From the IMG/VR virus record IMGVR_UViG_3300032296_001854: DNA of 33,461 nucleotides, one strand, 5' to 3'. The position numbers and the translations under genes are program-made. Origin of the DNA: an uncultured virus (IMG/VR IMGVR_UViG_3300032296_001854) (taxonomy: Duplodnaviria > Heunggongvirae > Uroviricota > Caudoviricetes). Below are positions 8,559 through 14,605 of this stretch, piece after piece; the stretch's first letter is position 1, and every line of letters begins with the position of its first letter. Under the pieces are notes generated by a model. The model saw only the letters and a list, made by a program, of their open reading frames with translations, was not told the DNA's origin and made no database searches.

Positions 8559-8596
8559 GTATCTTTTGTATAACGATTTCTTTGGAGTTATCCACA
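8559..8596. promoter_or_regulatory. composite site 4
   Basis: GTATCT 8559, ATAACG 8570, TTATCCACA 8588-8596. Confidence 0.8.
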
Positions 8597-8603
8597 GGCA
8601 GAT

Positions 8604-8681
8604 GTTTGTGTTGGGGCTTTATATATGGGCAGGAAAGACAACTACCCTGCCCATAAGCGCATATAAAGCCCCAACACAAAC
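8604..8681. repeat. palindromic element D
   Basis: GTTTGTGTTGGGGCTTTATAT...ATATAAAGCCCCAACACAAAC; inner ATGGGCAGG/CCTGCCCAT. Confidence 0.9.
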
Positions 8682-8685
8682 AAGA

Positions 8686-8712
8686 GAGCCCCCCGCTGGG
8701 TGCGGGGGGCTC
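8686..8712 (-). terminator. intrinsic terminator
   Basis: GAGCCCCCCGC-TGGGT-GCGGGGGGCTC. Confidence 0.75.
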
Positions 8713-8726
8713 GGGGGCGTTACGCG

Positions 8727-9734
8727 TTACGCGTTAGCGAATTCGCGGACCGCGGATAGAATGCGTGCCTTTTCGGCATTGACCATGGCGTCAAATCCGC
8801 TAGCAGCAGCCTTGATTGCCTCGCCATTGGCGGTGCGTGAAGGGCGGAAATAATCTAGGCGCTCAGTTAGCGCATTAAGCGCACCCCATGCAGTCCCGCG
8901 GATTCCGTCCTGAGTAGGCGCCTTGAAATATAGGTCATTCAAGACGTCGATTTTTTGCGCATGCTTAGTGACAGTGCCTTTTGGCGCATTATCATCAAGC
9001 GGATATATAGCGGTGAGCAACTTACCCCATTGCACATTGTCAACTGGTGTTTCGAATAAGGCTTGCGCCATAGTTTCGAATTCATCCATGTGATTGAATG
9101 TTAGGCCTAGCACACGGCGGGCCTCAGCGACGCGTCCCTCAACTTTTAAAGTGTGACGCACTTTAAAAGATTGCTTAGTGGACTTTAGCGCCATGTTCAG
9201 CGTGTTTTGGCATACGACGCGCACGGGCGTGATTGACGCCTGCACACTGGCGCTACCGTCATGTGAAGAGTGCACCAATAAATAAGTGACGGTCTTATCA
9301 GCGACGCCTTGCGGGTCTAGAATAAATTCGCGTGGCACAACTAGGCTACCGAATACAATTCGGCCGTCCTTGATTGAGCCAGCGGATTCCCATTTGGCGC
9401 CACCGTCCAAAATATTATCGCCAAAATTGAAGAGGTCCTCATTTTGGAATACGGAATAGCGGTCACCTACGACGGAAAGCACATCAGCGCCAGCGTCGAC
9501 GGGATTAGTACGCACAACATAGTTGAGCGCGGATTTAGTACGATACCCTGCAGGATAGATGACTGGCTCAAGACGTACATTCCAGTCATTTAGCAATGCG
9601 CCCTTGAGCATGTCCGCGGTAGTAATATCCGCGTCCACGTCAAAAGTTGCATTTGCTAACCCATGCCATGCAGGGGCGCCACGTAGGGCAAAAGCAACTT
9701 GCCCGTTATCGTGAGTTTCGAGGTTATGAGCCAC
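8727..9734 (-). CDS. DUF932 / TIGR03299 phage-plasmid protein
   Basis: MAHNLE...PAWHGL, VGDRYSVFQN, SHDGS, TPVRVVCQNTL, GTAWGALNALTE motifs; GTG start after AAGGGGAG. Confidence 0.9.
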   Translation of the reverse strand: MAHNLETHDNGQVAFALRGAPAWHGLANATFDVDADITTADMLKGALLNDWNVRLEPVIYPAGYRTKSALNYVVRTNPVDAGADVLSVVGDRYSVFQNEDLFNFGDNILDGGAKWESAGSIKDGRIVFGSLVVPREFILDPQGVADKTVTYLLVHSSHDGSASVQASITPVRVVCQNTLNMALKSTKQSFKVRHTLKVEGRVAEARRVLGLTFNHMDEFETMAQALFETPVDNVQWGKLLTAIYPLDDNAPKGTVTKHAQKIDVLNDLYFKAPTQDGIRGTAWGALNALTERLDYFRPSRTANGEAIKAAASGFDAMVNAEKARILSAVREFANA

Positions 9735-9820
9735 GATTCTCCCCTTTCGCATAAGGATAGGCGGGTGCCTATCAATGGCCAGCCTATCATAGGACGCGCT
9801 AGTACTATCTCATTCTCTGC

Positions 9821-9858
9821 ATAACAGATTGATAACAATCTTCAGATAATTATCCACA
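9821..9858. promoter_or_regulatory. composite site 5
   Basis: ATAACA-GATTG-ATAACA 9821-9837; TTATCCACA 9850-9858. Confidence 0.85.
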
Positions 9859-9864
9859 GGCAAT

Positions 9865-9941
9865 GTTTGTGTTGGGGCTATGGGCTGTGTGTTCACAAGC
9901 TTTAAGAACACACACGCCCAGCCCATAGCCCCAACACAAAC
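9865..9941. repeat. palindromic element E
   Basis: GTTTGTGTTGGGGCTATGGGCTG...CAGCCCATAGCCCCAACACAAAC; inner TGTGTTC/GAACACA. Confidence 0.9.
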
Positions 9942-9969
9942 AAAAAGCCCCGCATTTCTGCGGGGCTTC
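9942..9969 (-). terminator. intrinsic terminator
   Basis: AAAAAGCCCCGCA-TTTC-TGCGGGGCTT. Confidence 0.8.
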
Positions 9970-9984
9970 TTGGTTAGGGGGTTG

Positions 9985-10164
9985 TTACTTCACACCGCAA
10001 GCGGTGAGAAACTTATCCCTTTGAAAGTTGCCGTTATCTGCGCCGTAGATAATCGCCAACTCGTAGGCAACCTTTTTTAATACTTCCTCATTTGCGGGGT
10101 TCATCAGTTGTTTGATGATTTCCGCGTGCGCCTTGTAGGTGGCGCGGTGCCACTTAGTAGCCAT
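9985..10164 (-). CDS. small phage protein (..DNGNFQRDKFLTACG)
   Basis: Likely start MATKWHR with GGAGG SD. Confidence 0.7.
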   Translation of the reverse strand: MATKWHRATYKAHAEIIKQLMNPANEEVLKKVAYELAIIYGADNGNFQRDKFLTACGVK

Positions 10165-10378
10165 GTTTTGCCTCCAAGTCTTCCTCAATTCGTGCGTCAA
10201 TCCATGAGTCATAAGCGTATTCCGCTTCTAACTTGTGCATGCGCTCGCAATCATCACAGACCGCGTCCGCTTGTCCTTCACTATAACCGCGAAACCAGCC
10301 AGCGCGGTAAGAGAAGAAGAAAACAACACCAGCAAGAATAAGGTCAATCAACAGATTGAAACCATTATAAAACATCAT
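10154..10378 (-). CDS. small membrane protein with CxxC
   Basis: N-terminal hydrophobic helix; ATGA overlap. Confidence 0.7.
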   Translation of the reverse strand: MMFYNGFNLLIDLILAGVVFFFSYRAGWFRGYSEGQADAVCDDCERMHKLEAEYAYDSWIDARIEEDLEAKHGY

Positions 10379-10518
10379 GCGGACACCTTTGCCTTCTGTT
10401 CATTGGCGCAATCGTAGCAAATGCGCTCGATTTGCTCCATGCACTCTAAAAGAAACGCGTCCACGCCTGAGAATACGATATTCTCAGAGGTATCACATAC
10501 TCCACACTTGCCGAACAT
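10375..10518 (-). CDS. 47-aa CxxC...CxxC zinc-finger protein
   Basis: Not in track: MFGKCGVCDTSENIVFSGVDAFLLECMEQIERICYDCANEQKAKVSA; AGGTAGG SD. Confidence 0.7.
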   Translation of the reverse strand: MFGKCGVCDTSENIVFSGVDAFLLECMEQIERICYDCANEQKAKVSA

Positions 10519-10588
10519 AACAACCTACCTATTCTATAAGCGCCCCTTGCGCTTATGAGATAACAATATAACAACACACCAACAACAC

Positions 10589-10637
10589 CAAGCCGACACG
10601 ATTACAGATTTATAACGATTTCTAAAAGTTATCCACA
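10589..10637. promoter_or_regulatory. composite site 6 with GACAC motif
   Basis: CAAGCCGACACG; ATTACA 10601; ATAACG 10612; TTATCCACA 10629-10637; adjacent minus-strand TTGGTG-N17-TATTGT. Confidence 0.8.
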
Positions 10638-10720
10638 ATCTCTTCAACAACTCCCTATAGAACGGGGTGGGTGGGCCAACACAAACTTTGGCAGGCTTCG
10701 GGTTTGGCGCCCTAAATAAT

Positions 10721-10750
10721 AAAGGCCCGAGGGGGAAGTCTCGGGCCTTT
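10721..10750 (-). terminator. intrinsic terminator; CAACACAAAC half-site at 10677-10686
   Basis: AAAGGCCCGAG...CTCGGGCCTTT. Confidence 0.7.
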
Positions 10751-10753
10751 GGT

Positions 10754-10924
10754 CTAGAAACAACAACTCATTGTGCAATGAGGTTGATGTCCTCGTGTGA
10801 ATGGCTCATGGCTAGGGCCATGTCCTGCACACCTATCGCATCCAACTACGGCGCGGTATTCGTGAGGCTTATCGTTGCACCCATTAGCCTCCCAAGTGCA
10901 CACCCGTGTTTCATAATCAAGCAT
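10754..10924 (-). CDS. 56-aa Cys/His-rich protein
   Basis: MLDYETRVC...CDRC...PSH...HCTMSCCF; GGAGG SD. Confidence 0.65.
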   Translation of the reverse strand: MLDYETRVCTWEANGCNDKPHEYRAVVGCDRCAGHGPSHEPFTRGHQPHCTMSCCF

Positions 10925-11144
10925 GGAGCTCAGACCTCCACTCCTTGTATAACACCTGCGCCCTGCGTGGGTGGGTGATAATTTCAATCGCCATGTCTAT
11001 TGTGTAGAGAGTCTTGGTGTAGCGTATGCGTGGCTTATCCTCCATGAACCACATCAAGCGCCCCACGGGTGAGTTCAGGTCATGAGGCCCTACATAGCGA
11101 GCGCGTCGGCGCTCGCTAAGTAGGTCTAGAAATCGGGCAATCAT
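10917..11144 (-). CDS. hypothetical protein
   Basis: 75 aa, ATGA coupling. Confidence 0.65.
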   Translation of the reverse strand: MIARFLDLLSERRRARYVGPHDLNSPVGRLMWFMEDKPRIRYTKTLYTIDMAIEIITHPRRAQVLYKEWRSELHA

Positions 11145-11329
11145 GCGGAGGCCTTCATATTGCCGACGATATCGGCAGCCTTGGTGAAACCATCAGCCAT
11201 ACCCTGAGAGTATGCGTTGCTTACAACCCCTGCTAGTAGAGACTCAACTGAGTTTCTAACATCAGGCGCGGTAAGTTTAAGAATTAAGGCGATAGCCTCG
11301 CTTCTAGCCTCGCTTGGACTTACTGACAT
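11141..11329 (-). CDS. hypothetical protein, first gene of the leftward arm
   Basis: Start MSVSPSE after AGGGGA SD; promoter TTGCGT-N17-TATGTT upstream. Confidence 0.7.
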   Translation of the reverse strand: MSVSPSEARSEAIALILKLTAPDVRNSVESLLAGVVSNAYSQGMADGFTKAADIVGNMKASA

Positions 11330-11407
11330 TTTATATCCCCTAACTGTGAGCGCTTTGCCCACTGAGATAAACATATGCGATAGCCCTAACATACGCAAGC
11401 GCACATG

Positions 11408-11470
11408 GTCTCAGATTTATAACAATGTTATCCACATATCCACACCCCCCACCCTTAAGTCTGTGGATAA
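11408..11470. promoter_or_regulatory. composite site 7 / DnaA box cluster at strand switch
   Basis: ATAACA 11419; TTATCCACA 11428-11436; ATATCCACA 11436-11444; inverted TGTGGATAA 11462-11470. Confidence 0.8.
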
Positions 11471-11649
11471 CTAAGGAAGCCGCCAGGCTTTACGAGCACC
11501 TACATATGGGTGGGGTGGGCAGTAGCCCGACGGCGCGATTGCGGTGGAGTCCCAAAATATTTTTAAAAGGTACATTTACCAGGCAGTAGCCGAATAAGTT
11601 CTTTGCGCTTACCCTTTTTAATTTAGATTGCCCTTTTACCCTATTTGCC

Positions 11650-11877
11650 GTGGATTTTATTAACTTTCTGAACGATAGCCTGGATTGCCCTGGGCGTGTC
11701 TCACGTTTTGCTCGTATTATCTTTTCTGATGTAAATAACGGATGTGGAAGACTGGAGTGGGGAGCAGTCGCGTGGAAGGGACACTTTGAGGAAAAACACC
11801 CTGAAACTAGCCCTCAGTTAATACATATGCTTACAGAGACTTATGTGACATATATCCGTACGCTCAATCAAGAATAG
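11650..11877 (+). CDS. small protein, possibly YozE/SAM-like
   Basis: F..FL......GRV..FAR....D pattern; first gene of rightward arm. Confidence 0.55.
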   Translation: MDFINFLNDSLDCPGRVSRFARIIFSDVNNGCGRLEWGAVAWKGHFEEKHPETSPQLIHMLTETYVTYIRTLNQE

Positions 11878-11891
11878 GAGATACTTAAGTT

Positions 11892-12092
11892 ATGGAACCA
11901 TTCGGCCCTATTGCAAAAGGCATCGTAAGCCGCTCCAACGATTCCCGTAGAGTCATTGACTTATCCGCAACGCGAAGAGTTAAAGAACTTACGGGCAAAA
12001 CGGTCCCCATCGCATTAGACAGGTCATCGCGCAACGAAGCTTTTGAAAAGCATGTTGATGAAGCTCTAAAGATGGGGAATCCCGACAAATGA
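11892..12092 (+). CDS. hypothetical protein
   Basis: AGGAG SD, 66 aa. Confidence 0.65.
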   Translation: MEPFGPIAKGIVSRSNDSRRVIDLSATRRVKELTGKTVPIALDRSSRNEAFEKHVDEALKMGNPDK

Positions 12093-12190
12093 GCGACATC
12101 TGTAATAAGTGCGAACATAACTTAGACGCTTACGGACTTTGCACAGAAAACGCTTGTTCATGTTTTTGTGAAAAGAGGAACTATGGCTAA
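12089..12190 (+). CDS. 33-aa Cys-rich microprotein
   Basis: MSDICNKCEHNLDAYGLCTENACSCFCEKRNYG; ATGA overlap. Confidence 0.55.
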   Translation: MSDICNKCEHNLDAYGLCTENACSCFCEKRNYG

Positions 12191-12443
12191 GTCACCAGCG
12201 TGGCAACGCAAAGAAGGTAAGAACCCTAAAGGCGGTCTTAATGCAAAAGGCCGTGCCAGTGCAAAAGCAGAGGGACATAATCTAAAGCCACCAGTAAGCG
12301 CAAAGCAGGCTAAGAAGTCACCTAAGAGTGCTGCACGTCGTAAATCATTCTGCGCACGTATGGGCGGTATGCCAGGCGCAATGAAGAAACCTAATGGAGA
12401 ACCAACACGTAAAGCTCTTTCCCTACGTAAATGGGATTGTTAA
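12183..12443 (+). CDS. DUF6321-like small basic phage protein
   Basis: MAKSPAWQRKEGKNPKGGLNAKGRAS...RRKSFCARMGG...SLRKWDC. Confidence 0.8.
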   Translation: MAKSPAWQRKEGKNPKGGLNAKGRASAKAEGHNLKPPVSAKQAKKSPKSAARRKSFCARMGGMPGAMKKPNGEPTRKALSLRKWDC

Positions 12444-12613
12444 TGACTCTTTCATTCTGCCGTCATGTGTATGAAGAGACAGATGAGGACATCTGTAGCG
12501 CATGTGGTCGTCTTACCCACCGCACCGATTGGGAATTACAGAACATAATGATGAAGAAGTGGTTAAAGGATAACCCTGACGCATACAAGACCGTAGGGTG
12601 GTGGAGCATATGA
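12443..12613 (+). CDS. small Cys/His zinc-binding protein
   Basis: CRH...CSACG; TAATG coupling. Confidence 0.65.
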   Translation: MTLSFCRHVYEETDEDICSACGRLTHRTDWELQNIMMKKWLKDNPDAYKTVGWWSI

Positions 12614-12858
12614 TTAACGACCCAGCGTTAGGACGCAATAAAGCTCAGCGTGCTTTTGGCAATGATATGCCAAATAAAAAAGGTGTAAACACGAAAAAAA
12701 AGCCTCCGTTGAAGCAGAAACGCAGTCGCGTCAATGAGTTTCGAAATGACCGTAATGGTATGTTTTCGGGTCCGCGTCCAACATATGGAAGATACAATGT
12801 ATCTGAACAAGCAAGTGATGTTTTAAATAACTCATTCAGAAATAGAGGAGAACGATAA
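12610..12858 (+). CDS. small basic protein
   Basis: ATGA overlap, GGAG SD. Confidence 0.65.
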   Translation: MINDPALGRNKAQRAFGNDMPNKKGVNTKKKPPLKQKRSRVNEFRNDRNGMFSGPRPTYGRYNVSEQASDVLNNSFRNRGER

Positions 12859-13070
12859 TGTTACCAGCAGTTGGAGCAGCAGTAGCAAGATTAGCGCCTA
12901 TGATTGCACGTGTAGGCGGCTCCAGTGTTGGAAAAGCTGCAACACGCGGAGCAGTGCGTGGAGTAGAAGCTGGAGTAGCTGGTAGAGTGGCAAACATGGT
13001 ACAAGGTCAAAAAGACGGCGGAACCCAACAACAGCCACCACAGCAACCTTCATATCCAAATTTTGTGTAA
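12858..13070 (+). CDS. small Ala/Gly-rich protein
   Basis: AGGAG SD, TAATG coupling. Confidence 0.65.
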   Translation: MLPAVGAAVARLAPMIARVGGSSVGKAATRGAVRGVEAGVAGRVANMVQGQKDGGTQQQPPQQPSYPNFV

Positions 13071-13225
13071 TGAAATCGAAAGACAGCCAGTTTCCTACAT
13101 GCGATAATTGTGGGAGAGAGATTCGAGGAAAGGTTCTAAGTGTTAAGACTAAATCATCTGACCAAACCTTTCATCCCGACCATCATGGATGTTCGGAAGC
13201 AAGCAGACCAAAGGATTCTAAGTAA
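13070..13225 (+). CDS. 51-aa CxxC...H..C zinc-finger protein
   Basis: Not in track: MKSKDSQFPTCDNCGREIRGK...FHPDHHGC; TAATG at both ends. Confidence 0.65.
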   Translation: MKSKDSQFPTCDNCGREIRGKVLSVKTKSSDQTFHPDHHGCSEASRPKDSK

Positions 13226-13515
13226 TGGCAACTACTAAGAAATTTGGACCTTACAAAGGCTCCAAAGAGAACGGAGGTCGTCCAATCTACGTCTACAAGA
13301 AAAAAGTAGGCGGTAAATGGGTTACTACTTCGAAGAATAAGGCCCGTGCCGATTATGAATCGAAGAATGGAAAGCTACCTCGAGGGACAGATGTTGACCA
13401 TAAAGATAACAATCATAGCAATGACTCTAAAGGAAACTTAAGAGCATTGAAACACGGAAAGAATACTGCTAAGGAAAACAAACGCCGAGCAGGAAAGAAG
13501 GAGAACGAAAAATGA
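13225..13515 (+). CDS. HNH endonuclease-like protein
   Basis: DVDHKDNNHSNDSKGNLRALKHGKN. Confidence 0.75.
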   Translation: MATTKKFGPYKGSKENGGRPIYVYKKKVGGKWVTTSKNKARADYESKNGKLPRGTDVDHKDNNHSNDSKGNLRALKHGKNTAKENKRRAGKKENEK

Positions 13516-13727
13516 ACCCTACCTCAAGACAGTTTGAAAGTGTTAATGTAATTCCTGCAGGTTCAAAGCCTAGAACAAAAGGCGCAGGTACTGAGCCATA
13601 TGGCGCCCCTTATCGTGAAAGACTTGCAGATAAAGTTAACTCTTCTAGAGGAGGCGCAATGCCAGCAGGCGCATCAGGTGTTACTCGTCCAAAACCAGGT
13701 AGCGCATATGATGGTGGCAGCTACTAA
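13512..13727 (+). CDS. small basic protein
   Basis: AAGGAG SD, ATGA overlap. Confidence 0.7.
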   Translation: MNPTSRQFESVNVIPAGSKPRTKGAGTEPYGAPYRERLADKVNSSRGGAMPAGASGVTRPKPGSAYDGGSY

Positions 13728-14011
13728 TGCCTATCTATCGTAAAGGTGATGACCTATCTGACCTACACAAGGCTGCTCTAGCACAGCAGATTGGTGAAGC
13801 TACTAAGCGTCGCAACATGACTGGTGCAGAGCTTACTGAGTATGACTACAACACTGGTCGTACTGGAGCTGAACGCGTTCTAACAGCTGGTCCATCAACT
13901 GACCCACGCAGAGATACTATTGGCCCTGTAAGTGGCGACCATATGAAGCGTTTTGGTGCTCAAATGCGTAATGCTAAAGCAACCAAAGAAAGAGAAATGA
14001 AGAGACGATAA
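13727..14011 (+). CDS. small basic protein
   Basis: TAATG coupling. Confidence 0.7.
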   Translation: MPIYRKGDDLSDLHKAALAQQIGEATKRRNMTGAELTEYDYNTGRTGAERVLTAGPSTDPRRDTIGPVSGDHMKRFGAQMRNAKATKEREMKRR

Positions 14012-14364
14012 TGGATAAGCGTTCAGAGTCTCAATTTGTAGCGGCTGCAGCCCATGTAAAGGCTCCCAGCGTTGTTGAAGGAAAACAAATATATCAGTCT
14101 GGAACAACCTCTGTTTACTCGGGTACACCGCAAGATGTTATGAAAAACGTAGCAGCACAGGGTAGAAATTTTCAAAGACATAACGAAGGTCCTCGCTCAT
14201 TACTTAAAGAGGGCGACCTAAAGTGGAAAACAGACGTTCAAGTAAGTACTCGTCCAGGAGGTCCTCCTGCAGATACTACAAAAAAAGAAGGCCGCAGAGC
14301 CGTAGCAAAAGATTTAGGTTTGCCTAATAAAAAAGAATTTAGAGCAAAAAAGAAGAAAGGTTAG
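14011..14364 (+). CDS. small basic protein
   Basis: TAATG coupling; K-rich tail. Confidence 0.7.
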   Translation: MDKRSESQFVAAAAHVKAPSVVEGKQIYQSGTTSVYSGTPQDVMKNVAAQGRNFQRHNEGPRSLLKEGDLKWKTDVQVSTRPGGPPADTTKKEGRRAVAKDLGLPNKKEFRAKKKKG

Positions 14365-14366
14365 TT

Positions 14367-14564
14367 ATGGAAACTGTTGTAAAATCTAAAGAGCTTACGA
14401 CAGCGGACAGGTGTGACCTTTGCAGCGCTGCTGCTCAAGTTGTATTTACATTTATGAATGGTGAGTTATATTTTTGCGGTCATCACGCAAAAGATAAACG
14501 TTCAGCACTTCTTAACCAATCAGTAGATGTGTTTGACCCCTTAAATTATTTAAATCGTTTATAA
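14367..14564 (+). CDS. actinobacterial DUF7455-like zinc-ribbon protein
   Basis: LTTADRCDLCSAAAQV...GELYFCGHHA. Confidence 0.7.
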   Translation: METVVKSKELTTADRCDLCSAAAQVVFTFMNGELYFCGHHAKDKRSALLNQSVDVFDPLNYLNRL

Positions 14565-14605
14565 TAAAATTTGTACTAACAAATTAATATTTAGGGGATA
14601 AATAA

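Noticed and set aside
7165..9941. Integron attC sites (GTTGGGC = GTTRRRY, GCCCAAC = RYYYAAC)
   Set aside because: Core boxes are in the reverse order to attC, modules have their own promoters and terminators, and no integrase is in the window
7165..9941. tRNA genes (elements are 77-84 bp)
   Set aside because: No D-loop or T-loop (TTCG) consensus and no cloverleaf; long single stems
5274..11470. CRISPR array
   Set aside because: Repeats are separated by whole genes, not 30-40 bp spacers; no cas genes
5303..11470. Bacterial chromosomal oriC
   Set aside because: Boxes are dispersed one per module among phage genes; no dnaA/dnaN/rpmH context
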